Position numbers and translations under genes: made by a program | Assembly (NCBI GenBank): GCA_048270185.1 | Contig: JBLWTJ010000001.1 | Span: forward strand, 1,696,001 to 1,760,000 | Direction of reading: 5' to 3' | DNA length: 64,000 nucleotides | Origin: Bacteriovoracaceae bacterium | GTDB taxonomy: Bacteria; Bdellovibrionota; Bacteriovoracia; Bacteriovoracales; Bacteriovoracaceae | Part shown: one piece after another, positions 27,049 through 37,709 of the stretch | How positions within the stretch are numbered: the stretch's first letter is position 1 | Layout: each line of letters opens with the position of its first letter | Notes under the pieces: generated by a model | The model's input: the letters and a program-made list of their open reading frames with translations, nothing else | The model's database searches: none | What the model was told of the DNA's origin: nothing

Positions 27049-27792
27049 TTAAATTATAGAATAAATAATAGCCGACTGATTATCTAGATTACCTCTTCGA
27101 TTGGCGATACTAAATAAATTATCAATTTGTGAAACTTCATCACTACCAGACTCTTGAATGATTCTTTTGATATCATGAAGACTTAATGAACCATAGACAC
27201 CATCACTTAAAATGATGACTTTATCACCAGGTTCAACATTGAGTTCCCAGATTTTAGGAGAGATTTCATTATAAAGCCCAAGGGCGACAAGTGGAAAAGT
27301 GCTTTTATGATGTGAATTATCTGATATTGAAATTTGAGATACACAGTCGGGCGTACTTACTTGTGACAGATCTCCATCACGATAAATGAAGCTAACACAA
27401 TTACCACAACTAACAACAGACAGTATATTCTCAGAAAGCATGGTTAGAGCAATCGAAACTCCGCCTTTATCTTTCATTTCTTTTTTCTTATTAATATTAA
27501 GAAGATTCTTGTGAGCGATAAATAATGCATTTACCAGTGCATTTGTTTCGAGAATATATTGTGGTGAATAGAAATATGGCATCGTCGCATTTGGGTCACC
27601 AGAAAGTTTAGTGAAGTACAAATCGATTGATTTTTGAGCTGATTCCAAATTCGTTTCGGAAATCCCTGTTCCACCAAAACCATCTAGTACACCGAAGATT
27701 CTTTGTTTGATATTAATAAACGTCGTATCTTCATTAAGATTTAAGTATGGACCCTGATGAGTTCTTGCAAAGAAACTTTTGATTTCTCTCAT
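27049..27792 (-). CDS. PP2C-family Ser/Thr protein phosphatase
   Basis: NED, DGFGG, LSDGV, DNQS. Confidence 0.85.
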   Translation of the reverse strand: MREIKSFFARTHQGPYLNLNEDTTFINIKQRIFGVLDGFGGTGISETNLESAQKSIDLYFTKLSGDPNATMPYFYSPQYILETNALVNALFIAHKNLLNINKKKEMKDKGGVSIALTMLSENILSVVSCGNCVSFIYRDGDLSQVSTPDCVSQISISDNSHHKSTFPLVALGLYNEISPKIWELNVEPGDKVIILSDGVYGSLSLHDIKRIIQESGSDEVSQIDNLFSIANRRGNLDNQSAIIYSII

Positions 27793-30008
27793 AGATTCTT
27801 TAACCTTTCTTTTGCTTTACGGTAGTACTCATTATCAACAGGCGAGATCTGTTGAACTTCTTGAAACTTCTCTCTTGCATCTTCAAAAGATCCTAATGAT
27901 TCTGAGATCAGTCCCTGGCGATAAACTTTACGTGCACGTCCAGTTAATGTTTCATTTATTTCATCTAATTCATTTTGAGCTTCGATTTCATTAGGATTAT
28001 AGCGAAGTACATCTTTGAAAACTTCGTAAGCGGCCTTTAAATCCTCTGCTTCTTTGAGAGATCGAGCTTTCCCCATTAAAGGTCCTGTAATATTTTTAAG
28101 GTTCTGACGTGACTCTTTAAGCATCTTAACGGCCTTGGCCATTAGATCCTCATCCATTGATTTCTCAGAAATAAAAACTTCTAAAGCACCAATTGCCTTA
28201 AACCACTCTTCTTGAAGATATAATTTTTCACCCGGCTTTAACGCATCAACCATTCTTTGACGCTCGGCTTTTTTCTGAGCTTCTTCTAGCTCTTTACGAT
28301 TCTTTTCTTTGATATAGGCATTGAGCTCTAATTCAAGATTTGCTACATCATAATTATCAGGATCTAATTCTTTGACTTGTTGAAATAATCCACGTGCCAA
28401 GGTTACATTTCTCTCTTTTACAGCAGCTTCAGCTTTTTCTAAAAGCTTCTGAACTTTTGCTTGAATTAACTTTCTCTTTTCCTCAGCTCTTCTTTCAAGC
28501 TCAGCTTTTTCTAGCTCAGCATACTTATCTTTGGCCAATTGATAGAAAGTCTGTGCCTGTTTGTAATCTTTTGTGATTAAGAATAGACGTTCAAATTCAG
28601 TAATCGCTTCTGCAACATTACCTTCATTTGCATAACGAGTTGCTAGTTGATAAAGAGCTTCGGCCCTCTCTTCCTGTTCTTTTGTTAACTTAACATCAGT
28701 CGAAGTAACAACTTTTTTCTTCTTCGGTTGTTGTTTGGCTTGCTGATCTTTTTTTGTCTTATCGGTATCTGCTCCCTCGTCACCGAGTAGAACCCATGCC
28801 ATCACTATCGCAACAAGTGGATAGAGTATAAATTTCTTTCTCTTTTCTGGATCTTTTAAGATTGATTTTAAATCATTTTTTGAAGATGCAGACGCAGGAG
28901 CATCAGAGAGTTCAAGATCATCAAAGTCATCCATATCATCAGAAACCTCGACAATCTCTTCAATTTCAATCTCTTGATCTTCTTCAACAGGCATTAGCAT
29001 ATCTTGCTGACTCTTGATGAAGTCACTAGCAATTTTTACTGTAAACGTTGTTGATCCGATGATGAACTCATCACCATTTGTAATCTCTTTTTGATTGATT
29101 CTCTTTCCGTTAAGAATCGTACCATTTGCAGACTGAAGATCTTCTAAGACACAAGTGATCTTATTCTTTCTAATAACTGCATGGACAGAAGATACTTCTG
29201 GATCGTTTAAGACAATCTGACATTTCGCAGGATCACGTCCAATAAAGACTTCTGGTTGATCAAGATTAAAGTGATCATAAGGAATATCTTCACCAAATAA
29301 TTCAAGAATAAAATTCGCAAAGCCACTAAAAACTTGAGTACTATCTCCAGCGTCATCGTCTAGAGTATCGACGTCATATCCACCTTCGCCGTATTCATCA
29401 CCATATTCGTCACTGTAGCCATCTTCTTGGAATTCATCACCATACTCTTCGCTTTGAAAACCATCTTCTTGATTCCCACCATCATCAAAACCTGCATTAT
29501 CAAAATCACTTTGAGCAAAGTCATCTGCTGCAATTTCTTCAGGTGCTTCCTCCGTTGCTTCAATAATGGCGGTCTCTTCTTCCTCTTCAACAGGAATATC
29601 CGCACTCTCTTCTTCTAACTCGGGTAGCTCAGGTTCAACATATTCATCTTCATATGTTTCTTCTGGATCTAAAGTGACTTCTTCAGCTTGTTTAACTTCA
29701 AGTTCTTCAAATATAATTTTAAAATCATTACAATTTAAAAAGTGACCTGTTGCAACTTGAACTTCATCGAGCATCATAGGTGCATTATTTACAAGTACAG
29801 TATCGTAATCAGAAAGTTTAACAAGTTTCCAATTTGTCCCATCAAAATTGAGACTTGCTAACTGACGAGAGATTTGAGGATCATCCAGATGAATTGCCGC
29901 ATCTTGAGCTCGGCCAATAAGAAAGGTACAACTCTGCCCTACAACTACTTGGTCGCTAAAATCTAAACGATTAATAATCGTACCATGTCTAGAAACAGTA
30001 ATTATCAC
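27789..30008 (-). CDS. Double-FHA, single-TM, TPR/coiled-coil protein
   Basis: FHA motifs IGR...ISR and IGRD...VSSVHA...SANGT; acidic linkers; TM segment; TPR C-terminus. Confidence 0.85.
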   Translation of the reverse strand: MIITVSRHGTIINRLDFSDQVVVGQSCTFLIGRAQDAAIHLDDPQISRQLASLNFDGTNWKLVKLSDYDTVLVNNAPMMLDEVQVATGHFLNCNDFKIIFEELEVKQAEEVTLDPEETYEDEYVEPELPELEEESADIPVEEEEETAIIEATEEAPEEIAADDFAQSDFDNAGFDDGGNQEDGFQSEEYGDEFQEDGYSDEYGDEYGEGGYDVDTLDDDAGDSTQVFSGFANFILELFGEDIPYDHFNLDQPEVFIGRDPAKCQIVLNDPEVSSVHAVIRKNKITCVLEDLQSANGTILNGKRINQKEITNGDEFIIGSTTFTVKIASDFIKSQQDMLMPVEEDQEIEIEEIVEVSDDMDDFDDLELSDAPASASSKNDLKSILKDPEKRKKFILYPLVAIVMAWVLLGDEGADTDKTKKDQQAKQQPKKKKVVTSTDVKLTKEQEERAEALYQLATRYANEGNVAEAITEFERLFLITKDYKQAQTFYQLAKDKYAELEKAELERRAEEKRKLIQAKVQKLLEKAEAAVKERNVTLARGLFQQVKELDPDNYDVANLELELNAYIKEKNRKELEEAQKKAERQRMVDALKPGEKLYLQEEWFKAIGALEVFISEKSMDEDLMAKAVKMLKESRQNLKNITGPLMGKARSLKEAEDLKAAYEVFKDVLRYNPNEIEAQNELDEINETLTGRARKVYRQGLISESLGSFEDAREKFQEVQQISPVDNEYYRKAKERLKNL

Positions 30009-30975
30009 TTTTCTTCATCCCTAATTTTTCGGCCATATCATCAACATTCTTCTTTGCTTCAATATAGCGTTCATCAGTCTTATAATCTGATAATAATTTA
30101 TAAATGGCACAATATGTACCAAGGGCCCTCTGATATTTAAGAGAATCTTTATTCTTAGTTGCTTGCTCAAACATATCCTTAACTTTTTCATCAAGGCGCT
30201 GTTTAGCAATATTTAAATGATAGGCTGCTTCCCCATCATTAGGGTCAAGAGTAAGGGCCAGATTAAATTCCTGCATTGCCCTAAAATAATGCCCTTCGCG
30301 TGCTTCTCGTCGACCACGGTGAACATAGGCCTCAACTTTTTCTTTCACCTCTTGATCTTCTTTATATTGAACTCCAGTATTTCGACTTGAGTTTTCAATC
30401 ACATTACTTGTTGTTTTCTTCGGTGCTTTCTTTGTTGGTGTCTCAGAATCACCATCCATTAGAAAGAAAACGAGCATAATACCGACAAGCCCATAGATAA
30501 GTTTCTTTCGCTTAGCTTCTTTCGAATCAACTGGTTTCTTCTTCTTAGGCTTTGGCTTTTTTACCTCTTCTTCTTCCTCGTCATCCTCGTCCTCGTCCTC
30601 ATATTCGACTAGGGCAACTTCTTCTTTGATATGAATAAAAGAGTACTTAAAAACTGTTGAACCAATAATGATTTTATCACCGTTCTTGAGTTTATGCTGA
30701 GTCACCTTAAGATCGTTAACCATAACACCATTTTGTGACTTGAGATCTGTTAATGTATATTCACTGCCAACTCGACTAAGTTCAATATGTTCACGAGAAG
30801 CTTGTGTATCGAGAATCTGGATATCATTAGAGGCCAAGCGACCTAAAACAATACGATTGCCATTCATATAATAACAAACACCTTTATTCTTACCTGTCAT
30901 ACAGATCAAGCGATGGTAATTACCAGCGCTCTCAGGTGAAGATAAGTTTTTTGTCATTCTGACTGCAGCAACCAT
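29989..30975 (-). CDS. FHA-TM-TPR protein
   Basis: LGR...ASREH...SQNG; TM segment LIYGLVGIMLVFFL; TPR. Confidence 0.85.
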   Translation of the reverse strand: MVAAVRMTKNLSSPESAGNYHRLICMTGKNKGVCYYMNGNRIVLGRLASNDIQILDTQASREHIELSRVGSEYTLTDLKSQNGVMVNDLKVTQHKLKNGDKIIIGSTVFKYSFIHIKEEVALVEYEDEDEDDEEEEEVKKPKPKKKKPVDSKEAKRKKLIYGLVGIMLVFFLMDGDSETPTKKAPKKTTSNVIENSSRNTGVQYKEDQEVKEKVEAYVHRGRREAREGHYFRAMQEFNLALTLDPNDGEAAYHLNIAKQRLDEKVKDMFEQATKNKDSLKYQRALGTYCAIYKLLSDYKTDERYIEAKKNVDDMAEKLGMKKSDNYCF

Positions 30976-30981
30976 TAATTA

Positions 30982-32553
30982 TTAATCCTCTTTAATCAAC
31001 GTAATATAGAATGCCTTGGCAAAGTTATCTTTACCGATAAGGCTAGTAACAAATATATTATAAAAGTGTCCTGAGATTTCGTATTCACCTTTCTGAGATG
31101 TTCCACCGTTATCAGCAGATGCATCACAAAGTTCAATAATCGTTGCCGCAAAACCTTTTTCTCTTGCTACATCTAATAGACTCATCCCTTCAGATGAACT
31201 ACCACGAATGGCAGTAATATCTTCAGCAAGAGTATTTATATGAGCTAAATTCTTTTCTGAGTTCAGAACAAGAACAGCACCTTGTGCTCCTTGCATGAAT
31301 TCATAAAGACTTGCAACATAGTTCTCATCACTTTCCATCTCATCAAAACTCATATCATCATCAGTTTTTTGTAGCTCTCGAATCCTTTGGATCATGGAAT
31401 TTATAGAAGATCTTAGAGGATCGATTTCTGACCATAAGTACTCACTATCGATATTCTTACGATTTCCACGAAGGGCCTCTTCGATTTGAAACTTCATTTC
31501 GTCGAGGTGGCGAATGGTCATATAGTAAACAATTGCAAAGAAGATGATCGAAGCGATAAATGATGTAATGAGTGCTTCTAAATAGGCAATCCTACTTTTT
31601 GAAGCTTCATCTGTAATTGAAGATGGCTTAAAGCGAATAGCAATAACCCCTACAACATCAAGTGCACCAGTTTTTACATTTGTAGCCTTAATTTTCTGTC
31701 CAATTCCAATCTCACCATCAGCAAGACGTCTTACAATAGGTAGATCACCAGAGTTATTCATTGTTTTTTCGGCCCACTCACGAACTTGAACAGAAAAAGG
31801 GTCATCGATATACATATTAAGTTTTGTCAGTGGTCTAACAATACGTCCATCAATATCAAAAAGGTCATACGAGACGACACCGTTATTTCCCTGTTCAATA
31901 AACTTCGTATCGACTCGATCTAAGTCTTTACGAGCAAGTGCACCTCTATTTTGACGTTTAATCTCATCGGCATAGTGAGCACCACGTTTTGCAACCTCCA
32001 TGAGAAGTAAGCTTTGCGATGTCTTCATAACTGGGAAGATTGTTAGCGTCACTGTCACAAGAACAAAGATGGCCAATAGAATACCAGTTAGAACTCTCCA
32101 TTCATATTCTTCGTTTATTCCGTGAACAAGTGGCATCAATCGGTATTTGAACAACCAAATCACTTTACCAAAGATATTCTCTGGCATTTCACCACCAGTG
32201 ATATATGTTGGCTCATCATCTTCTTCTTGAGCTTCGACTCTTTTCTTTATAATTTTTTTCTTTTCTTTTACATAGACAACTTGAATGATGGAATCAGGTA
32301 GAGCAATTTTATCACCATTCTTAACCGTGGCACGCTTAACGGCTTTACCATTAATAAATGTACCATTTGAACTTCCTAAATCTTTTACGAAAGCAACATC
32401 TTGAGTAACAGTTACAGATAGGTGCTTTTTTGAAACACCATTCACTGGAAAGTGAACATTACAATCCTCACTTCGCCCAAGAGTGTTTTCACCTTCCTCT
32501 AGAATATATTCTTGTCCACGTAGCTTTCCAGCTACAACTACTAGTTTGTACAT
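30982..32553 (-). CDS. FHA domain protein with two TMs, periplasmic domain and HAMP/PAS-like tail
   Basis: LGR...VSKKH...SSNGT; two hydrophobic segments. Confidence 0.8.
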   Translation of the reverse strand: MYKLVVVAGKLRGQEYILEEGENTLGRSEDCNVHFPVNGVSKKHLSVTVTQDVAFVKDLGSSNGTFINGKAVKRATVKNGDKIALPDSIIQVVYVKEKKKIIKKRVEAQEEDDEPTYITGGEMPENIFGKVIWLFKYRLMPLVHGINEEYEWRVLTGILLAIFVLVTVTLTIFPVMKTSQSLLLMEVAKRGAHYADEIKRQNRGALARKDLDRVDTKFIEQGNNGVVSYDLFDIDGRIVRPLTKLNMYIDDPFSVQVREWAEKTMNNSGDLPIVRRLADGEIGIGQKIKATNVKTGALDVVGVIAIRFKPSSITDEASKSRIAYLEALITSFIASIIFFAIVYYMTIRHLDEMKFQIEEALRGNRKNIDSEYLWSEIDPLRSSINSMIQRIRELQKTDDDMSFDEMESDENYVASLYEFMQGAQGAVLVLNSEKNLAHINTLAEDITAIRGSSSEGMSLLDVAREKGFAATIIELCDASADNGGTSQKGEYEISGHFYNIFVTSLIGKDNFAKAFYITLIKED

Positions 32554-32879
32554 ATTTCTAAAGTATCCCCTTCCTTAATACTTTCGTGTAATTGTCCTTC
32601 GGCTAATTCTAAAACGCGGCTAGCGCTAAATACAATTTGCGTATGACGCCATGGCCTTAGGCCACGATATATTTTTTTTATTTCATTTTTTCTATTAAAA
32701 AAAACAACATCGATATTATATCGCATGAAACAAGTATGAATTGAGTTCGTACCGTAAAAGATCAGTCCGTCAAAACCATCAAACTTGTCTGAAAACATTA
32801 GACCTTTCAATTTCTTATAGAATGAATCTGCTACAATAGCATTATTGCAAATTTCAATATTATTACACTTTATCAACAT
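32541..32879 (-). CDS. DUF192 family protein
   Basis: ADSF...KGLM...SIHT.FM...IDVVF...VLEL. Confidence 0.9.
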   Translation of the reverse strand: MLIKCNNIEICNNAIVADSFYKKLKGLMFSDKFDGFDGLIFYGTNSIHTCFMRYNIDVVFFNRKNEIKKIYRGLRPWRHTQIVFSASRVLELAEGQLHESIKEGDTLEICTN

Positions 32880-34099
32880 TAGTTACCTCCTACTAGGTCA
32901 ACAACTAATGGAGCAAAGATCATAAGAAGAACTGAAGGAACAACAAAGGCCATCATTGGAAATAGTATTTTCGTCGCAGCTGTCGCACCATCTTTTTCAA
33001 TCTGTGATGATCTCTTTTGTCTAATCTCAACTGACAATGCTTTTAGAATTGGTCCAATTGAAGCACCAACCGAATCCGCGGCAATTAGAGTCGCACAAAA
33101 AGAAGATATTTGAATGAGATCCACACGCCAGGCCATATTTCTTAAGGCTTCTGCACGACTGGCCCCTATTTTAATTTCTTTAAGTAGAATTTCAAACTCT
33201 TGTGTTAATGGACCTGGTTTTGCTTTATCAACAACCTTAGTCATGGCAGCGATAAAATCTAATCCTGCTTCAACAGATAAGGCAAGCATATCGACACAAA
33301 ATGGCATTCCACTAATGAGTTCTTTTTGACGTGTTTCAATCTTTCCTTTTATCCAAATATCAGGATAGATAAAACCAACAACTGCGACTACAGGAATTAG
33401 TGATAGTGGCCAATCTGTTTCCATAAACTGACGAAGTGCTAAGAAAACAATTGGAAAACCAATAATAAGAAATAATTTGAAGGCGTAGAAATCCTCCGTT
33501 GTCATATCTTCAGTTAAACCAGCGCTTGCTAGTTTTCTTCTATATTTCTCTTTAATCTTATTCTTACTCTTCATGGAAGAGACGATTGGAGAAATATACC
33601 GTTTAAAAAATGGTCTTGAATATTGAAGAACGATTCCGTGTTGTTTGAAGTCCTTATCTTTCTTAGTTTCTCGATCATCGAGCTTTTGTGCCGCTTGGAA
33701 TGACTCATTATCTTGAAACATCATTTGTGTAACAAGATAGACGGCAATACCAATAAGAATAACACCGGCCCACATAACTAGTTGTGAACTTTCAAAAAGA
33801 GTTGCACCCTTTAAAAAGTCACATGCATTTCTTTCACCATTTTTACAAGCTTGTGCAATTAACTTTGCTCCTTCTTTAGGATAGTTAACTCCATCTTGTT
33901 TAAAATTCTTCGATGTAAAAGTTTGGTAAAGAAGACCTAACTCAAAACAACTTGATTCTTCACCTTTCTTACAAGACTCATCAAGAAGTTGTGCGTGATC
34001 GCGTTGCGAATAGTTTGCGTAGGATTGCCCATGAGCATCTGGTGTTACCCAGAAGATAAGCATCGATAAAAATAGAGAAGTTATAAGACTCTTAGTCAT
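32879..34099 (-). CDS. tadC: TadC-like (T2SS F family) inner-membrane platform protein with N-terminal Sel1-like extension
   Basis: DMLALSVEAGLDF, GASRAEAL, KILFPM. Confidence 0.85.
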   Translation of the reverse strand: MTKSLITSLFLSMLIFWVTPDAHGQSYANYSQRDHAQLLDESCKKGEESSCFELGLLYQTFTSKNFKQDGVNYPKEGAKLIAQACKNGERNACDFLKGATLFESSQLVMWAGVILIGIAVYLVTQMMFQDNESFQAAQKLDDRETKKDKDFKQHGIVLQYSRPFFKRYISPIVSSMKSKNKIKEKYRRKLASAGLTEDMTTEDFYAFKLFLIIGFPIVFLALRQFMETDWPLSLIPVVAVVGFIYPDIWIKGKIETRQKELISGMPFCVDMLALSVEAGLDFIAAMTKVVDKAKPGPLTQEFEILLKEIKIGASRAEALRNMAWRVDLIQISSFCATLIAADSVGASIGPILKALSVEIRQKRSSQIEKDGATAATKILFPMMAFVVPSVLLMIFAPLVVDLVGGN

Positions 34100-34160
34100 A
34101 ACATAAGAATATCAAAAATAATTGATTTCAAGCAGTTAGAGGAAATATTGGCCCTTTGAG

Positions 34161-35228
34161 TTAAACCTGAGTAACTTGCTCGACAACTTCGCGATTCTCT
34201 TGTGTTCCAACACGCCCTGAAACATCAGGAATATAGATTGGTGAATAATTTGATAAGTACTTCTTCTTTAGATCAAGAATTCGTTCATGCTTGTCATTTA
34301 TCATTGTCACTGAGATTTCATTCTTGGCAACGGCCTCTTTAACAAAGAGATAGGCTTCACGACAGGCTTCAAATGAACGGTACTCTACAAGGTCTGCGCC
34401 CGCCAGAAGAGCCTTCAGGGCCGCTTGCCCAAGACTTAGGTCTTCAGAGATGGCCTTCATCTCCATATCATCAGTAATGATAACCTTCTTAAACTTAAGA
34501 TCAGATCTGATAAGGTCATATGCTGCTTTAGAGAAAGTACAAATATTTTCTGGATCAATTGCATCAACTTTAAGGTGGGCCATCATGACCATGTCGACAC
34601 GAGACTTAACCGCTTTAATGAACGGTTGAAACTCTAGAGCTCTTAATTCCTCAAGCGATTTATTAATAACTGGTAATTTAAAATGTGAATCTTCTAAAGT
34701 ATCACCATGGCCTGGAAAATGTTTGGCACAAGACATAATACCCGATGTTTGTTGTCCTCGAATAATGGCCGATACATATTTATTAACTTCATTTACATCA
34801 CTTCCAAACGAACGATCACCAATGACCGTATTCTTAGGGTTTGTGAAGATATCGCAAACGGGACCAAGATTGAGGTTTACCCCACAACTTAGAAGCTCGT
34901 TAGACATTAACTGAGAAATTTCAAAGCATAGTTTTGGAGATTGAGTCTTGGCCACTTCAAGCATTGGAGGAACGAGTGTAAAACCATCTTTAAATCGCTG
35001 AACTCTTCCACCTTCATGGTCTGTTGCAATAAATAATGGAAAGTTATCACGTAGTGACTGGATATTATTAACAAGCTCAGCAAGTTGAGCAGGTGATTCG
35101 TAATTATTTTTAAAAAGAATTACACCACCTATATTCTCCTTCTGGATGAATTGTTCCTCCTCTAGAGTAAGCTGCTTTCCTGAAATACCTGTTATGAATA
35201 ATTGTCCGAGGTTATTATACATCGTCAT
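34161..35228 (-). CDS. nagZ: Beta-N-acetylhexosaminidase (GH3)
   Basis: DHEGGRVQR, KHFPGHG...DSH, ITDDMEM. Confidence 0.93.
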   Translation of the reverse strand: MTMYNNLGQLFITGISGKQLTLEEEQFIQKENIGGVILFKNNYESPAQLAELVNNIQSLRDNFPLFIATDHEGGRVQRFKDGFTLVPPMLEVAKTQSPKLCFEISQLMSNELLSCGVNLNLGPVCDIFTNPKNTVIGDRSFGSDVNEVNKYVSAIIRGQQTSGIMSCAKHFPGHGDTLEDSHFKLPVINKSLEELRALEFQPFIKAVKSRVDMVMMAHLKVDAIDPENICTFSKAAYDLIRSDLKFKKVIITDDMEMKAISEDLSLGQAALKALLAGADLVEYRSFEACREAYLFVKEAVAKNEISVTMINDKHERILDLKKKYLSNYSPIYIPDVSGRVGTQENREVVEQVTQV

Positions 35229-35238
35229 CCTTTTAATT

Positions 35239-36051
35239 TTAGCTTTTTAATTTTGGATCTAAGTAATCTCTTAATCCATCACTAAATAAATTCAGTGAAA
35301 TTATTAGTCCCGTCATCAGTAAACTTGTTACAAGGACTACATGAGGAGCCTCTAATAGAACAAGTTTTGCCATCGCAAGGATTGCTCCCCAAGAATATTC
35401 ACTTGCCCCAAGACCAAGGAATCCTAAACTTGCCTCACTAATTATAACTCCACTTATTCCAAGTACAAAATGAATAGATATTACTGGAATTATACTCGGA
35501 AGAATCGACTTATAAAATAAGCGAAATTCACCTACTCCAATTGCACGAGCACTTTCGACATATCCTAGGTTTAAGACTCTCATCGTCTCTCCACGAGCTA
35601 TTCGAGCATAACCAGGCCAAGAAGTGAAAATAAGACATAGAACTAATCCAGTAAACGATTGACCTGAAAAAGACATCACTAGGATTGCAAGTAAGATACT
35701 AGGGAAAATAAAAATTAAGTTTGTTAACATGTCCATTACTTCAGAAATAAACTTTATTTTAATTGCTGAAAGGTAGCCAATTGTGATTCCAATCATACAA
35801 GCACTGAAACTTATAAGTAGTGAAATACCCGTCGTATAAACAAGCCCAACACTTAGAACTTCAAAAAGACTTCGACCATTGATATCAGTTCCAAAGATAT
35901 ACTGACTCGTTGATGGTGATAGTAATTCATTGGCAATAATACTAGACGGAATATAGCTACTTCCCTTCATCAATAACCAAGTAAAGGCCCAAATAATGTA
36001 ACAAGATAGAAGTAGCCCACCAAAGATCATTTCTTTATTAAACTTCTTCAT
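35239..36051 (-). CDS. Peptide ABC transporter permease (DppC/OppC family)
   Basis: FGTD.NGR, YVESARAIG, EASLGFLGLG. Confidence 0.92.
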   Translation of the reverse strand: MKKFNKEMIFGGLLLSCYIIWAFTWLLMKGSSYIPSSIIANELLSPSTSQYIFGTDINGRSLFEVLSVGLVYTTGISLLISFSACMIGITIGYLSAIKIKFISEVMDMLTNLIFIFPSILLAILVMSFSGQSFTGLVLCLIFTSWPGYARIARGETMRVLNLGYVESARAIGVGEFRLFYKSILPSIIPVISIHFVLGISGVIISEASLGFLGLGASEYSWGAILAMAKLVLLEAPHVVLVTSLLMTGLIISLNLFSDGLRDYLDPKLKS

Positions 36052-36947
36052 TAGCCAATCCTCGGATCTAGTTTCTCATTTAGATAGTCTACAATCACAT
36101 AGACAAGCATATAGATAACAGTTGAATAAGCGATAATTCCTTGAACGAGTGGGTAGTCTCTATTATTGATGGCCTCAAATAGTAATGAACCAAGGCCTGG
36201 AATATCGAATATTGTTTCGGTAATAACTGTTCCAGCGAGAACAACTGATAATTGAATTGCCACGACATTTAAAATTGTTGGCATACAAATCTTAACTAAT
36301 CTTGTTATGACGGCCATATTTGAAAGACCTTTAGCATTTAGAACAAGAACCCAAAGTTGAGATTCTTCTTCTAAGTATTTATTTCTCATAACTCTAACAA
36401 TGACAGAAGACAGTGGAAGTACTAGCGTCACAACAGGAATAATCATGTGTTTTACAGATAGCCATTGTGAGACAGGAAATATTCCAAGCCAAATTGAAAA
36501 AACTAAAACAAGCATTGGAGCAAGAGAGAAAATTGGAAATGATAAGAGAGTAAGAGATACTAAACGTATTGTAGTATCAGGTATACGTGATTTAAAAACG
36601 GCCGAGACGACACCAATAAGAACACCTAGTGGAGCGGCCAATATAATCGAAACCAGTGCCAGCACAACAGTTGGAGATAAGTGTTCTTGAATAAGTTTAA
36701 CAACTTCCTTCTTTTTAAAAAATGATTTCCCTAGGTCAAATGAAATTATCCCCTGTGCAAAGTCAATGTATTGGGCAACAAGACTCTTATCAAGTCCTAG
36801 CTCAGCTCGATACTTTTGAATTTCTTCAACTTGAGCTTCCGGACCAAGTAGCCTTTCAACAGGATCCCCCGGAGTTAATCTCAAGGCGAAGAAAATCGTT
36901 GTGATAGCAAAGAATAATGTCATTAAAGACTTGAGAATCAACTTCAT
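36051..36947 (-). CDS. Peptide ABC transporter permease (DppB/OppB family)
   Basis: PGDP, LGLDK, ETIFDIPGLG, RDYPLVQG, LDPRI. Confidence 0.92.
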   Translation of the reverse strand: MKLILKSLMTLFFAITTIFFALRLTPGDPVERLLGPEAQVEEIQKYRAELGLDKSLVAQYIDFAQGIISFDLGKSFFKKKEVVKLIQEHLSPTVVLALVSIILAAPLGVLIGVVSAVFKSRIPDTTIRLVSLTLLSFPIFSLAPMLVLVFSIWLGIFPVSQWLSVKHMIIPVVTLVLPLSSVIVRVMRNKYLEEESQLWVLVLNAKGLSNMAVITRLVKICMPTILNVVAIQLSVVLAGTVITETIFDIPGLGSLLFEAINNRDYPLVQGIIAYSTVIYMLVYVIVDYLNEKLDPRIG

Positions 36948-37705
36948 TAAATGCGCTCTTTTGATAGACCTTGAGCTGTCCAATAATGCCCAATGATATC
37001 TAACTTTTTATTTAGGATATAGACGATTGACTGTCCTCCAACACTTAGGAGGAATCGATAATTTCCTTTCTTGTCGAGTTGGTCATAACTTAAAACAGCT
37101 TGTGAAAGAATTTCTTTGGGCATATTTAAGTATTGTTCTTGAAAGTATGGGTAACTCTCCCAAAGAACATGAAAATTCATATCACCATTCTTACGTTCAA
37201 TCGCTTTTGAAATAAAGCCTGAAACAATTCCACATTCAATAATTGTGGCATAGAAGCAAATGGCCTTAACATTGTCTTGAATTTGATAAGATTTTTGCCC
37301 TAACCATTTATACTCTGGAGAATTGAGATTATAGACAATCTCCTTCTTCTTTAAGTCAAGCTCTCCAGTCACTGTATAGATATCATTATTCAAATAGTAA
37401 GTTGCTTCATATTTATAAGGAACGAGAAAAGTAACTTGTGAATTAATTGCCTTTCTTTTTGAAATGACAATATTCTTTTCAAATACTTTGCTACGATTTT
37501 GAGATGAAACAATTTTTTGTTTCTTAATGAATTCTTTGTTTTTGCCAAAACCTGAAATGCTCTCAGTTATGTACTCACCACTAACTTCGAGTTGTTTATA
37601 AGTAACTTCCCTTGCTTCAAGAGAAGTGGAATGATTAACTCGATTTAGAGAACATGAACTTAGAATGAAAATAAATAAAATTATAAAACCGAGAGGTCGT
37701 ACCAT
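36947..37705 (-). CDS. Hypothetical lipoprotein
   Basis: Lipobox LSSC. Confidence 0.7.
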   Translation of the reverse strand: MVRPLGFIILFIFILSSCSLNRVNHSTSLEAREVTYKQLEVSGEYITESISGFGKNKEFIKKQKIVSSQNRSKVFEKNIVISKRKAINSQVTFLVPYKYEATYYLNNDIYTVTGELDLKKKEIVYNLNSPEYKWLGQKSYQIQDNVKAICFYATIIECGIVSGFISKAIERKNGDMNFHVLWESYPYFQEQYLNMPKEILSQAVLSYDQLDKKGNYRFLLSVGGQSIVYILNKKLDIIGHYWTAQGLSKERI

Positions 37706-37709
37706 TGAT

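Noticed and set aside
29340..29540. Short tandem-like DNA repeats, possible CRISPR
   Set aside because: Coding low-complexity (GDEY) repeats; no repeat-spacer array or cas genes anywhere in the window
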